The notes below the pieces were generated by a model. That model was not told the DNA's origin, ran no database searches, and saw nothing but the letters and a program-made list of their open reading frames with translations. This document shows positions 8,920-18,362 of a DNA stretch of 64,000 nucleotides, piece after piece. Source of the stretch: a virus. The translations under genes and the position numbers were made by a program. The stretch is from positions 32,001 through 96,000 of the IMG/VR virus record IMGVR_UViG_3300044835_000075, one strand, 5' to 3'. Numbering within the stretch: the stretch's first letter is position 1; the number at the start of each line of letters is the position of its first letter.

Positions 8920-9267
8920 ATGGCCACCATCACCTGCGCCCACTGCAAGGCCACCCACACCGCCGTCGAAGCCGTCCGCCGCTGTCACGCCGACGAGACC
9001 TTCACCTGCGGCTGGCAGTACCAGGCCCGTGACCGCTACGGCGTCCTGCGCGACGAAGACGGCCAGGAAATCATCCTCGAATGCGACGCCCTCGCCTGGG
9101 ACAACGGCCGCGCGATCGTCTGCGAAAACGGCCACGAACACGTCAACGCCGAAGCCCGCCACCGCGAAGGCTGGGACTACGCCGACGAAGAAGAAGGACC
9201 CGGACTCATGCGGGCCGGAGTTTTCCCCATCGCCATGGACGGCACCGGCCTCGCCTGCACCGTCTGA
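8920..9267 (+). CDS. Cys/His-rich hypothetical protein
   Basis: GAGGAG RBS; CAHC..H...C, CENGHEH. Confidence 0.7.
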   Translation: MATITCAHCKATHTAVEAVRRCHADETFTCGWQYQARDRYGVLRDEDGQEIILECDALAWDNGRAIVCENGHEHVNAEARHREGWDYADEEEGPGLMRAGVFPIAMDGTGLACTV

Positions 9268-9334
9268 GACCCGCCAGCACCCGGCCGCCGGACACCCGGC
9301 GGCCGGTTTCGTACCCACCGAAAGGATCCGCCCC

Positions 9335-9610
9335 GTGGAACTCAAGTCGATCACGTTCACCAAGGACGAGCAGGACGGCGACGTCGTGCCCGAATCCGCC
9401 GTCTTCGAGCTGACCATCCAGGAGATCGCCTACCTCGCGACCCTGCTCGGCCAGCAGACCGGCATCACCGCCAGTGCCGTCATGCCCGGCGGCGACGGCG
9501 TCAACTCCAGCATCTGGAACTCGCTCAACGGCGATGTCATCAACCGCTACTACGACGACGGCATCGACGACTGGAAGCTCGCCAAGTTCCTCACGCGCGC
9601 CGATAGTTGA
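9335..9610 (+). CDS. hypothetical protein
   Basis: AAAGGA RBS before GTG; TGA stop inside TTGACA box. Confidence 0.65.
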   Translation: MELKSITFTKDEQDGDVVPESAVFELTIQEIAYLATLLGQQTGITASAVMPGGDGVNSSIWNSLNGDVINRYYDDGIDDWKLAKFLTRADS

Positions 9611-9635
9611 CAAGCCGCTCCCGGCATGGTTAGCT
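9607..9635 (+). promoter_or_regulatory. Repeated promoter, class I
   Basis: TTGACA-AGCC-N11-GGTT-AGCT; GTACCG at +35. Confidence 0.75.
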
Positions 9636-9669
9636 ATCCATGTACCGCGCACAACACGAGGAGCCCGCC

Positions 9670-9981
9670 ATGACGACCGTCCGCCACGCCCCCAACGCCA
9701 AGGCCAACGCCGAATTGCGCACCGCCAACAAGGTCGCCGAAGCCATCGCCGCGTTCTACTCGACCATCGGCTACGACGTCGCCTGCTCGGACCTCTTCGC
9801 CGCCGACCACACCCACGAGCAGCTGGCGCCCGGCGGCGCGTCGGTCGCCTGGGAAGGCGGAGTCGAGGACTGGGTCTTCAACTGGCCGCGCACCAACGCG
9901 GGCAAGAGCTGGGGCGCCAAACTCGGCGTCTGGTTCGAGCCGGTCAACGCCTGCACTCTCGCGATCTACCCGGTCAACTGA
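9670..9981 (+). CDS. hypothetical protein
   Basis: GAGGAG RBS. Confidence 0.7.
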   Translation: MTTVRHAPNAKANAELRTANKVAEAIAAFYSTIGYDVACSDLFAADHTHEQLAPGGASVAWEGGVEDWVFNWPRTNAGKSWGAKLGVWFEPVNACTLAIYPVN

Positions 9982-9991
9982 CCGAAACGTG

Positions 9992-10020
9992 AAGCCCCCG
10001 CCGGACACCGGCGGGGGCTT
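9992..10020. terminator. bidirectional terminator (shared stem family)
   Basis: AAGCCCCCGCCGG-ACA-CCGGCGGGGGCTT between convergent genes. Confidence 0.7.
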
Positions 10021-10026
10021 TGTCGT

Positions 10027-11526
10027 CTACGCAATCAGCCGGACCTCGGTTCCGGACTTGATCCCCAAGTTGGGCATCAACTCGACACCTGCCCACACGC
10101 TGGCGTCGAGCCGGTCGGGGCTCGTCTGCCCGGACCCCGGCACCCAGGCCTGCCATTGGTCTTCGAGGTGCTTGAGCGACCCGACGACGTGCGCCCGGTG
10201 CTGCTGCCACACGCCGCCGACCGGCTCGGCGCGGGTCCGCTTCCCAACGCTGGCGTGCACGTTCTTCAAGTGCGGGACCTTGTGCCCCTCGGCGCGCGCG
10301 ACCATCTGAGCCATCGTAAAAACGAGGTCTCCGCCCTGGTTTACCTCGGCGGTGATGCAGTCCGCCCCCCAGTCCTCGGCGGCGACCAGCGCGCGGCGCG
10401 CCCACGTCTCCGGCGTCGCCCGCAGCGAGCAGTCCTCAAGCCAGTAGATGTGTGCCGAGTTCGCCAGCGACTTCGGCGCGGTGTGCGGCGGCTCCCAGTC
10501 GATCGGCGCAGGCCCGATCCCGGCGACCATGATGCCGCACTCGTCTGAGTCCTCGGTCGAGGTGACGGCCGGGTCGACGGCGACGACGACACGCCAGAAA
10601 TCCGGCACCTGGGGCGCCAGCAGGCGCGTGTGCTCGATGATGTCGAGCGTGATCAGCGCGCCCGGGACCGCGCGCAGCAGCTCCCCGTCGAGTTCCTGGC
10701 GCCCGAGGGCGGTGCCTTCGAACTCCTCCTCGATCTCCTGCAACCACTCGGCCGAGAGGTTGGCCGCGTTGTCGCGGGTCCGGCCGCGCGTGAGGTGGGT
10801 GTTCGCGGCAAGGCCGCCGAGGATCGAGCCCCCGGCGAGCAGGAAGGCGTCGAGCAGCTTGACGAGAACCTTGTTGCCGCGCGTCGGCGTAGTGGTGATG
10901 ACGATGCGGGGGTCGCCGATTCGGGTGGCGAACTTGATGCCCTCGTTCCACACCTTGGGGTCGCGCCACGAGCCGACCTCGTCGCACCACACGCCGCGCA
11001 GGTTCCAGCCTCGGATGCGGTCGGGCGCGTCGGCGGAGCCGAGCACGATGCGCGACCCGTTCTTCAGGGTGATGACGTACTCGGACCGGTTGTAGTCGCG
11101 GATCTCGGAGTCCGGGCCGGTCTCGCCGCCGAGCGCGACGAGCAGGCCTGACGGGCCCTCGACGCAGATCTTCTTCGCGTCGCCGAGTGTGGGGGCGACG
11201 ACCGCGTAGTCGCCGACTTCGGTCAGCGCCCATTCGGCGACGACGTTGGCGCCGGTGAACGTCTTGCCCCATCCTCGACCGGCCATGATCAGCCAGTGCC
11301 GCCAGCGGCCGCACGGCGGGATCTGCTCGGGGCGGGCGGTCTTGCGCCAGGGCCGGGGGATGGGCGGCACGAGTTCGTGCAGCGCCATCTTCTGGATGCC
11401 TGCCCAGATCTCGTCTTCGAGGTCGTAGAGCAGGGGGTCGGCAAGGTCGACGTAGCCGGACAGCGTGACGGGGTCCATGCGGGGCGCATCGGCCCATAGC
11501 TGGGCGAGTTCGCTATCGGTGAGCAT
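10027..11526 (-). CDS. terL: phage terminase large subunit
   Basis: Walker A AGRGWGKT, Walker B WCDE, TTTP, nuclease VDPA...EVNQGG...DRLDA; start MLTDSEL overlaps upstream stop. Confidence 0.93.
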   Translation of the reverse strand: MLTDSELAQLWADAPRMDPVTLSGYVDLADPLLYDLEDEIWAGIQKMALHELVPPIPRPWRKTARPEQIPPCGRWRHWLIMAGRGWGKTFTGANVVAEWALTEVGDYAVVAPTLGDAKKICVEGPSGLLVALGGETGPDSEIRDYNRSEYVITLKNGSRIVLGSADAPDRIRGWNLRGVWCDEVGSWRDPKVWNEGIKFATRIGDPRIVITTTPTRGNKVLVKLLDAFLLAGGSILGGLAANTHLTRGRTRDNAANLSAEWLQEIEEEFEGTALGRQELDGELLRAVPGALITLDIIEHTRLLAPQVPDFWRVVVAVDPAVTSTEDSDECGIMVAGIGPAPIDWEPPHTAPKSLANSAHIYWLEDCSLRATPETWARRALVAAEDWGADCITAEVNQGGDLVFTMAQMVARAEGHKVPHLKNVHASVGKRTRAEPVGGVWQQHRAHVVGSLKHLEDQWQAWVPGSGQTSPDRLDASVWAGVELMPNLGIKSGTEVRLIA

Positions 11527-12191
11527 CAGGTGCCGCCGATGATGCGGGAGCGCTCCGTGTCGCTCAGGGCCGGGCCGACGCGTTCCATGCTGGCGACCAT
11601 CTCGCCGCCGCCGGTGCGGGCGGCGACGATCGCGCGGGACGCGGCGCGGCGGGTGGCCTCGTCGTCCCACGGGATGCCGAGCTGCTGGCAGAGCATCTTG
11701 AGGGAGGCGACGACGGTGTGGCCGTAGCCGCGCATGACGTCGACGTGCTTGGCTTCGATACCGATGCGCAGGCCGTCTTTGATGAGGCGGGCGGCGCGGT
11801 CGCGTTCGCGCTCTTCCATCGCGGCGAGGCCGCGTGTCTCCTCGGAGACCTCGTAGATCTCGCCGAACTTGTCGGAGTCGTACTTGTGGCCGACCAGGGA
11901 GCCGAGTCCTTCGTTCTCGTAGGCCTGGGCGAGCTTCTCCCCGAGGAACTCGGCGCGGGCCATGGACACGGCGACGAGCCGGGCGTAGGCCTCGGCGAAC
12001 TGGATGGGCCGGATGCCTTCGGATCCGAGGTGAGGCAGGCTGGCGGCGAGAGCTTTGACAGTGCGCTTCTCGACGTCGTCGGCGGCACCGGGCGGCGGGA
12101 GGGTGGGGTCGTCGTAGGCCGCGTACGCGGAGACGCCCGAGAGGCCTCGGGGCCACTCGTCCGGGTCGTGTTCGTCGTCGTTCTCGGCCAT
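11526..12191 (-). CDS. putative terminase small subunit
   Basis: Coupled directly upstream of terL; helical ERDR...GIE..V..G pattern like actinophage TerS. Confidence 0.5.
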   Translation of the reverse strand: MAENDDEHDPDEWPRGLSGVSAYAAYDDPTLPPPGAADDVEKRTVKALAASLPHLGSEGIRPIQFAEAYARLVAVSMARAEFLGEKLAQAYENEGLGSLVGHKYDSDKFGEIYEVSEETRGLAAMEERERDRAARLIKDGLRIGIEAKHVDVMRGYGHTVVASLKMLCQQLGIPWDDEATRRAASRAIVAARTGGGEMVASMERVGPALSDTERSRIIGGT

Positions 12192-12261
12192 GGCGCCAGC
12201 ATAAGCGGGGTGCGCATACAGGCACGCCCGCCGCGCTGGTCGGCGTGGCGGGCGTGAGCGG

Positions 12262-12813
12262 CTAGTAGGTGACGTCGTATTCGACGCGGGTGCCGCCGTC
12301 GAGGCAGCGGGCGGCGACGATCTTGCCGTCCTGGTCGCCGCACTCGGAGACCGTGACCCGGTCGCCTCTGGTCACGATGGGGACGATGGCGCCGACGGCG
12401 GCGGCGACGTCGTCGGCGTTGAACGTCTCGCCGGGCTCGGCGTGCACGGTGATGGTGGCCTGTTCGGCGGCGGGCCGGGCCCTGCGGGTGTTGGGGATGC
12501 GGCGGGTGACGGCGAGGTGGGTCGTGCCGAAGAATTCACCGTACTCGGGGTGGGGGGCAGTGGTGCATTCGACGTGGTAGCCGCCGGTTTCGAGGATCTC
12601 CTGGGCGCGCTGGGCGAGGCGTTCGCGGTGGGCGGGGGCGTCGATGGAGACAATCACGCTGACGAGGGTGGTCCTGCGGCCGCCGCCGCTGATGTAGATG
12701 CCTTCGGGCATCGCTCGGCGGTGCCGGTGGGTGGTCATGAGACCGTTTTCCTTGAGCAGGCGGGAGACGCCGGAGGCGGTGATGGGGATGGGGGCGTTCG
12801 GGGTTTCGGTCAC
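12262..12813 (-). CDS. hypothetical protein
   Basis: GGAGGA RBS before GTG, downstream of promoter. Confidence 0.65.
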   Translation of the reverse strand: MTETPNAPIPITASGVSRLLKENGLMTTHRHRRAMPEGIYISGGGRRTTLVSVIVSIDAPAHRERLAQRAQEILETGGYHVECTTAPHPEYGEFFGTTHLAVTRRIPNTRRARPAAEQATITVHAEPGETFNADDVAAAVGAIVPIVTRGDRVTVSECGDQDGKIVAARCLDGGTRVEYDVTY

Positions 12814-12846
12814 GGTGTCCTCCGGGTTGCTGGGCGGAACAACGTA

Positions 12847-12875
12847 AGTAAACCACTCTGGGCGCGGCTAGTCAA
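12847..12875 (-). promoter_or_regulatory. Repeated promoter, class I
   Basis: TTGACT-AGCC-N11-GGTT-TACT; GTTCCG at +35; inside a 16-bp inverted repeat. Confidence 0.75.
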
Positions 12876-12893
12876 CTAGCCGCGCCCAGAGCC

Positions 12894-13001
12894 CTACTCC
12901 TCCAGCGCGTCGGCGAGGCGCTGCGCCTCCTCGGCCTCCGAGGCCTGCTTGTCCGTCGCGGCCTTCGCCGCCTCGCGGATCTCCTTCTCCGTGAACGTCA
13001 C
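12894..13001 (-). CDS. small acidic helical peptide (35 aa, not in ORF track)
   Basis: GTGA overlap, GGAGG RBS; VTFTEKEIREAAKAATDKQASEAEEAQRLADALEE. Confidence 0.45.
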   Translation of the reverse strand: MTFTEKEIREAAKAATDKQASEAEEAQRLADALEE

Positions 13002-13633
13002 GTGATCACCTCCCCTGCTGCCTTGCGCACGACCAGGGCTTCGAGGTCGGCGAGAGTGAGCTGGATCATCGGCTCCGGCGAGTCCGAATACATCAGGCGA
13101 CCGAGGCGCACGCCGACCTCTTCCGCGACCCGCTCGATCGCCTCATAGCGCCTGAGGGCCTCCAGCTGCCTGTCCCGCTTCTCCTGCGCGGCGGCGCGGG
13201 CGGCCAACGACTCCTCGGCTCGCTTGATCGCGGCGGGCTGGTAGGCGCCGACGACCTTGCGGGCAGAGAGGGTCTTCCACACCCAGCCCTCGGGGGCGGG
13301 CTCACGGGGCAGGTCGACCTCCTCCCCGTTCTCGATCCGCTCCCCCAGCGCGAAGGCCACCCTGCGGTGCTCGTCGGTGACGGGGTCGTTCGCCGTGGTC
13401 TCCAGCACCGCCCAGTGCGCGATGTCCTTGACCATCTCGCCGGTCGCGGCGAGCAGGAGGAATTCCGCGTAGTTCCCGACATCGGTGCGGTGGTGGTAGA
13501 CGCGCTTCTCCTTGAGCCTTGTCGACACCCACAGCGGCCCGATGGCTAATGCGGGCATGAGCTTGGGCTTGATGGCCCAGCCGTTTTCCTCGTAGCCGAC
13601 CAGGAGGCCGGGCAGAACGTCCTTTTTGCGCAT
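12998..13633 (-). CDS. hypothetical protein
   Basis: AGGAGG RBS before MRKKDVLPG. Confidence 0.65.
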   Translation of the reverse strand: MRKKDVLPGLLVGYEENGWAIKPKLMPALAIGPLWVSTRLKEKRVYHHRTDVGNYAEFLLLAATGEMVKDIAHWAVLETTANDPVTDEHRRVAFALGERIENGEEVDLPREPAPEGWVWKTLSARKVVGAYQPAAIKRAEESLAARAAAQEKRDRQLEALRRYEAIERVAEEVGVRLGRLMYSDSPEPMIQLTLADLEALVVRKAAGEVIT

Positions 13634-13643
13634 GGTGTGCCTC

Positions 13644-13994
13644 CTAGGCGTGGATGGGAGTGAGGTCGGTGATCTGTCCGTTTCGGACGATGACGTAGCG
13701 GTTGCGTCCAGCGGCGGATCCGGCTTCGAGGGCGGGGATCCCGGCGGCGGCAAGGGCTTTGTTGCACTCGTCGAGCTGGGCGTTCCCGTGTCGCATGTAG
13801 ACCAGCGTGGCGGGGTCGGTGGCGACGATGAGGGTGTTCCAGGTGTAGCGGCCCCGGGTGCGCGTCTGAGTGAGGTGGACGTAGCCGGGCCGATTTCCGG
13901 TGGGCGGGACGACCTCGTCCACTACCCAGGTGCCGCCTCGGCCGGTCACGGTCACGGTGTCGTCGGCGGCGATGTCGGGGCCTCGGAAGGCCAT
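13644..13994 (-). CDS. hypothetical protein (paralog of 33444-33788)
   Basis: GAGGAG RBS; DIA.DDTV....WVVD...R.GN...G.PAL. Confidence 0.7.
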   Translation of the reverse strand: MAFRGPDIAADDTVTVTGRGGTWVVDEVVPPTGNRPGYVHLTQTRTRGRYTWNTLIVATDPATLVYMRHGNAQLDECNKALAAAGIPALEAGSAAGRNRYVIVRNGQITDLTPIHA

Positions 13995-14030
13995 GGTCTT
14001 CTCCTCGGGTTCGTCGGGCGGAACGTAGTT

Positions 14031-14059
14031 AGCTAACCACGCTCCGCCCGGCTTGTCAA
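14031..14059 (-). promoter_or_regulatory. Repeated promoter, class I
   Basis: TTGACA-AGCC-N11-GGTT-AGCT; GTTCCG at +35. Confidence 0.75.
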
Positions 14060-14069
14060 CCCGGTGGTG

Positions 14070-14387
14070 CTAGTGGAAGGCGGGGACTTCCTCGTCGGCC
14101 GAGTAACCCTCGACCGGCGAGGCATCCACGGCGTCGGTATCGACGTCGGGCTGCCCGTCCTCGTCGTCGCCCTCGGTCGCGGCGACGTCGACACCCTGCG
14201 CGGCCTGGACGGCCTTCGAGATGTGCGAGACGCGGCACGCGTAGAACTCCGCATTGCCGCCGTCGGGCAGGTTCACCAGGCCGCTGGTGCCCTTGGACGG
14301 CGGACGGCCGTCCTCGTCCGGCCGGGCGACGTCGCACTCGGGTGCGTCGCATCCGTACATGACGACCTCTTTGGTCGATGTGGCCAT
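14070..14387 (-). CDS. acidic hypothetical protein
   Basis: GAGAGGA RBS; CDAPEC...C..H. Confidence 0.65.
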   Translation of the reverse strand: MATSTKEVVMYGCDAPECDVARPDEDGRPPSKGTSGLVNLPDGGNAEFYACRVSHISKAVQAAQGVDVAATEGDDEDGQPDVDTDAVDASPVEGYSADEEVPAFH

Positions 14388-14444
14388 GGAATATTCCTCT
14401 CATCGTTGCCCGTCCGCGCGGTGCGGACGGCGCGGGACCCCGAT

Positions 14445-14473
14445 AGTTAACCACGTCGGGCGCGGCTTGCGAA
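14445..14473 (-). promoter_or_regulatory. Repeated promoter, class I (degenerate -35)
   Basis: TTCGCA-AGCC-N11-GGTT-AACT; GTCCCG at +35. Confidence 0.55.
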
Positions 14474-14475
14474 AC

Positions 14476-15504
14476 TCAGCCGACGCGGTAGACCCGGTGG
14501 GGCGGCCGGTAGTCCGGCGGATCCTCCGGCCCGTACTCGTAGGACTCGATCGTCACCGTCTTGCGCAGGCTCCGACCGGGCCCGTACGCCTGCTGGCGGG
14601 TGTGTTCGCGAACGTGCACCCGGTGTTCCACCGGCGCCCGCGTGCCCGGCGTGCGATCGGGATCCGGTTCCACGCGGCGACGCGGCGAATGCAGCGCGAC
14701 CTCGCACACGGTGGGCGACGTGAGGCCCTCGTTGCGGGCCCGGCGGGCGGCGGTCTTGCGGACATGCTCCTGGCCCGGCAAGGCACCGGGCGCCTCGGGG
14801 ATGCGACCCATGAGGTCCCACAGGCCCATGATCATGCGGCCGATGGAGACCACCAGGTCTTGCGGGACCTCGCCGCGTGCGCGGATCTGGGCCTTGTTCA
14901 CTTCTTTCACCTCGATAATCATCTGTCCGGCGGGGAGTTCGTTGAAGTAGTGGACGAACTGGATCGGGAAGTACAGGCCTCCTCGGCGCAGGCGGGGCAG
15001 GTCGCCGCGCTTCTCCGCGTCACGCAGGATGACCTTGCTGTAGTAGTCCGGTTCACGGTTCGCGTCGTTCCACAGCAGTGCCATGGTCCCGAAGCGGGGT
15101 TCGCTGTCGCTGGTGCTGTCGATGTAGGCCAGCGGCACCCAGGTGATCACGTGCACGAGCTGCTCACGGCCACTGTTCTCGGTGAACGCGAAGGGCTTTT
15201 CCAGCACCGCGACACCCATCGGGTGCGGGGGTGGAAAGTGTCCGGCGACCATGTCGTCGGAGTGGGACTCGGCGGTCGGCCGGATCGCGTCGGTGACGGA
15301 TTCACGGACGCGGTAGGTGGTGGCTTCGCCCAGGACGGCGCGGAACGACTCGGAGGCGGAGACGGTTCCGTGCTCGGCGTTCTCGGCGGTCGGCAATCCT
15401 GCCTCGACAGCGGCGTTGTCGACGAGCCGGGTGATGATGTTGCCGGGCTCGTTGAACCGCGCGAACAGGTCGAGGTGGATGTCGAGCACCTCTTCCGCGC
15501 GCAT
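14476..15504 (-). CDS. conserved phage hypothetical protein
   Basis: C-terminal VREHTRQQAYGPGRSLRK..I..Y..GP motif common in phage/plasmid proteins. Confidence 0.7.
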   Translation of the reverse strand: MRAEEVLDIHLDLFARFNEPGNIITRLVDNAAVEAGLPTAENAEHGTVSASESFRAVLGEATTYRVRESVTDAIRPTAESHSDDMVAGHFPPPHPMGVAVLEKPFAFTENSGREQLVHVITWVPLAYIDSTSDSEPRFGTMALLWNDANREPDYYSKVILRDAEKRGDLPRLRRGGLYFPIQFVHYFNELPAGQMIIEVKEVNKAQIRARGEVPQDLVVSIGRMIMGLWDLMGRIPEAPGALPGQEHVRKTAARRARNEGLTSPTVCEVALHSPRRRVEPDPDRTPGTRAPVEHRVHVREHTRQQAYGPGRSLRKTVTIESYEYGPEDPPDYRPPHRVYRVG

Positions 15505-16151
15505 CAGCGGGCGCCGAACGCGGCCGCGAAGCCGCCGGGGAGGTACTTGTCGGCGGCCTCGCCGGGGGTGAGCGGCTCACCGGCGACGATGTAGGCGGTG
15601 CGGCCCTGGTGCTGGCCGATCTCCCAGGCGATGCCGTGGGCGGCGAAGAACTCACGGAGCTGGGTGGCGATCGACCGGCGGGTCCGCGTGACGGTGACGC
15701 CGGGGGTCGGCCGGTCGGCGGCGAGGATCGCGGCGCACTCGGCGTCGACGATCTCCTCGTAGCCCTTCTGGAAGGCGAGCATGATCTCTGTGCCGCCGCC
15801 GCCGACGGGGATGCCGTCGAGCGCGGCCATGACGACCGGGTTGAGGGCGGGCGCGCCGTGCTGGCCGTCGCGGCGGGCTTGGCGGCCGACCTCGACGAAG
15901 TCGGTGACCGGCGCGGCGACGGGCTCGGTGTGCAGGACGAACCAGCGGTTGCCGTGGATGTTGATGTTGTAGGTGCCGTTCTCGTTGTCTACGAGCCGGG
16001 CGAAGTCGTAGGTAGCGAGGTCATGCCACGCGCCTTCGGTGTTGACGATGGGGACCATCGCGCCCCGGTTCTGGTCGTACATGGTGATGTGGTCGATCGT
16101 GGCCTTGAGGGCGGCGATCTTGCGGGTGGCGGTGCGGGCGATGGTCTTCAC
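15504..16151 (-). CDS. hypothetical protein
   Basis: AAGGAG RBS before GTG; TGATG overlap. Confidence 0.65.
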   Translation of the reverse strand: MKTIARTATRKIAALKATIDHITMYDQNRGAMVPIVNTEGAWHDLATYDFARLVDNENGTYNINIHGNRWFVLHTEPVAAPVTDFVEVGRQARRDGQHGAPALNPVVMAALDGIPVGGGGTEIMLAFQKGYEEIVDAECAAILAADRPTPGVTVTRTRRSIATQLREFFAAHGIAWEIGQHQGRTAYIVAGEPLTPGEAADKYLPGGFAAAFGAR

Positions 16152-16186
16152 GGTAACTCCTTCGGGCTGTCGAGCGGAACACCAAT

Positions 16187-16215
16187 AGATAACCATGCTC
16201 AGCGGGGCTTGTCAA
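16187..16215 (-). promoter_or_regulatory. Repeated promoter, class I
   Basis: TTGACA-AGCC-N11-GGTT-ATCT; GTTCCG at +35. Confidence 0.75.
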
Positions 16216-16232
16216 CTGTGTTACCGTGAGCC

Positions 16233-16856
16233 ATGCGAATTTACGCACCCCTGGTGCTCATAGCCCTCGCCCTCGCCGGATGCACACCGACCGGCGTCGC
16301 CGACACCCTCACCGCCCCGCCGACCGGCACCCTCTCCCAGCTGACCGTCAACGACGGTCACGCGCCGAGCGGCTACGTCCGCAGCCTGTTCGGCACCGCG
16401 TGGGCCGACACCGACCACAACGGGTGCGACCAGCGCGAAGACGTCCTCATCCGCGACACCGGCGCGGTCAAGACCACGCGCAAGGGCAGCTGCTACGCCG
16501 ACGCCTCCGCGATCCACTACGCGAGTCCGTACACGGGGCAAGTCCTCACCGTGCGGGCCACGATCCAGATCGACCACATCGTGCCGCTGGGCGACGCGTG
16601 GAAGTCCGGCGCGAATGCCTGGACTCCGGCGCAGCGTCTCGCGTTCGCGACCGACGAGACGAACCTGTGGGCCGTGGACGGGAAGTCGAACGAGGCCAAG
16701 AGCGACAAGACGCCGGATGCGTGGAAGCCGCCGCTGCACGCGACGTGGTGCGCCTACGCCCAGCGCTACATCGCCAGCAAGGTCAAGTACCACCTGAGCG
16801 TGACGTCGGCGTCGCGCGACGCGCTGGGCTCGATGCTCGGGACCTGCTCGGGATAG
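16233..16856 (+). CDS. secreted HNH nuclease lipoprotein (DUF1524 family)
   Basis: LAGC lipobox; CD.RE.VL.RD, IDHIVPL..AW.SGA, NL.AV....N..KSD. Confidence 0.88.
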   Translation: MRIYAPLVLIALALAGCTPTGVADTLTAPPTGTLSQLTVNDGHAPSGYVRSLFGTAWADTDHNGCDQREDVLIRDTGAVKTTRKGSCYADASAIHYASPYTGQVLTVRATIQIDHIVPLGDAWKSGANAWTPAQRLAFATDETNLWAVDGKSNEAKSDKTPDAWKPPLHATWCAYAQRYIASKVKYHLSVTSASRDALGSMLGTCSG

Positions 16857-16885
16857 TTGACAAGCCGGGGCGGGCATGGTTTACT
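16857..16885 (+). promoter_or_regulatory. Repeated promoter, class I (leaderless)
   Basis: TTGACA-AGCC-N11-GGTT-TACT directly after TAG; ATG at +35. Confidence 0.75.
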
Positions 16886-16891
16886 TATCTC

Positions 16892-17125
16892 ATGACCACG
16901 AACGAGACCCCCGCCCCGGCCCGCACCGTCCGCAACGACCTCCCCGTCATCGCCGCCGCCCTCGTCATCCTGGCCCTCGTCTTCATCTTCCCGGCCACCC
17001 GCCACATCGTCGTCCCCGCACTCACCACCGCCTGGACCGTCCTGTTCAACTACCTCGTCACCGCCGTCGGCACCGTCATCGGCGGCGTGGTCCTCCTGTT
17101 CGACGCCGTCACCGGACTGCTCTGA
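16892..17125 (+). CDS. membrane protein
   Basis: Leaderless ATG; hydrophobic. Confidence 0.65.
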   Translation: MTTNETPAPARTVRNDLPVIAAALVILALVFIFPATRHIVVPALTTAWTVLFNYLVTAVGTVIGGVVLLFDAVTGLL

Positions 17126-17610
17126 TGCGCCGGTGGGTGCTCGGCAAACTCGGCGCACTCGCCTGGCTCGACGACCTGACCGAGTTCGGCCGCCGCGTGC
17201 TGGAGGCAGAAGACCGCCGCGACCGGTGGCGCGCCCGCGCCGAGGAAGCCGAAGCACGGGTCGCTCTCACCGAACAGGACACAGCCGCCGCGATCCGGCT
17301 GCTCGTCGAGCCTCCGCCGACGCTGAAATGCATCAAGATCCGGTGCTACAGCCAGGACATCGCCGACAAACTCGCACGCAGCGTCGAACGGCAATCCCGC
17401 TGGGAGCCGAACGCGATGCACGCCTACAAGTGCGACCGGTGCCCGCTGCAACCCGTCACCGGCGAACGCTGGTGGCACATCGCGATGACCGACCCTTCGA
17501 TGCGCGGGAACGGCAAGTTCGAGCACTGGAACCGGCCCCTGCACCAGCACCCGATCCAGTCCGAGCAAGGCGATGCGCTGCGCGCCCGGCTGTTCGGCGA
17601 AGCCGGATGA
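17125..17610 (+). CDS. hypothetical protein with Y-x-C-x2-C...WH motif
   Basis: TGATG overlap; AYKCDRC...WWHI. Confidence 0.6.
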   Translation: MRRWVLGKLGALAWLDDLTEFGRRVLEAEDRRDRWRARAEEAEARVALTEQDTAAAIRLLVEPPPTLKCIKIRCYSQDIADKLARSVERQSRWEPNAMHAYKCDRCPLQPVTGERWWHIAMTDPSMRGNGKFEHWNRPLHQHPIQSEQGDALRARLFGEAG

Positions 17611-17810
17611 GTCGCCGCGTCCAGCTGGTCAACCCGTTCACCTCGCCACCCCGGGTGCTCGTCCTCATCCTGCTCTTCCCCGCCGTCGCCTTCACCCTGG
17701 CCGTGGTCATCATGGCGATCAACCCGGTCGCCGGGTACGACTACCCCGTCACCCCGCTCGCCCCGCCGACCGTCACCCGGACGATCGTGCACTCCCCCGT
17801 GGACCGCTAG
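17607..17810 (+). CDS. small membrane protein
   Basis: ATGA overlap; one TM helix. Confidence 0.55.
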   Translation: MSRRVQLVNPFTSPPRVLVLILLFPAVAFTLAVVIMAINPVAGYDYPVTPLAPPTVTRTIVHSPVDR

Positions 17811-17819
17811 GAGCCCGCC

Positions 17820-17969
17820 ATGAAGGAAGTACCCCCCGAGATCGCCGAACTGGTGAAGTCGCTCGGCGCCGCCATCGCGGCCGCGACCGAGGAATTCGAC
17901 GCGCTCTGCGAGAAGCTCGACGAGATAGACCCGCGCTGGGACAGCGCCGAAGCGTCCGAAGGGAACTAG
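17820..17969 (+). CDS. small acidic protein (49 aa)
   Basis: AGGAG RBS; MKEVPPEIAELVKSLG. Confidence 0.5.
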   Translation: MKEVPPEIAELVKSLGAAIAAATEEFDALCEKLDEIDPRWDSAEASEGN

Positions 17970-17972
17970 GCG

Positions 17973-18302
17973 ATGCACCTCGACAAAAAGCCCACCGTCA
18001 CCCTGACTCCCGGTACCTACGTCAAGCACATGCGCTGCTGGTACCTGCTCACCGGCGTCCTCGCGCACGGCGAAGGCGAGCACCGGTTCCAGGCGCTCAC
18101 GCCGGAAGGTGTGGTCGTGGCGATCAGCATCTACCAGGGCATGACCGAAGTCGGCGCGCCGAACTGGCTGCCCGGCCCGTTCACCCCCGCGACGCTGCGC
18201 TTGCGGGCCCGCAAGGATGACGAGAAAGCGGTGATGTACGCCGAGGCCGCGCGGTCGCGGCGCACGTTGGCCGACCGGCTGGACCCGCTCGGCCGATCGT
18301 AA
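17973..18302 (+). CDS. hypothetical protein
   Basis: Operon-contiguous ORF. Confidence 0.6.
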   Translation: MHLDKKPTVTLTPGTYVKHMRCWYLLTGVLAHGEGEHRFQALTPEGVVVAISIYQGMTEVGAPNWLPGPFTPATLRLRARKDDEKAVMYAEAARSRRTLADRLDPLGRS

Positions 18303-18312
18303 TCCGGATACG

Positions 18313-18353
18313 ACAGAAGCCCCTCCCGACTGCTGCACGGGAGGGGCTTCTGT
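18313..18353. terminator. bidirectional terminator
   Basis: ACAGAAGCCCCTCCCG-N9-CGGGAGGGGCTTCTGT between convergent genes. Confidence 0.7.
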
Positions 18354-18362
18354 GCGTCGAGG

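Noticed and set aside
11527-12225. N-terminal extensions in the ORF track for terL, SNF2 (51167), primase (58507) and the MetE-like gene (31172)
   Set aside because: They overlap other genes or promoters; downstream starts have RBS or stop-start coupling
4957-16856. Split GmrSD restriction system (DUF262 plus DUF1524)
   Set aside because: The genes are 11 kb apart and the HNH protein is an exported lipoprotein
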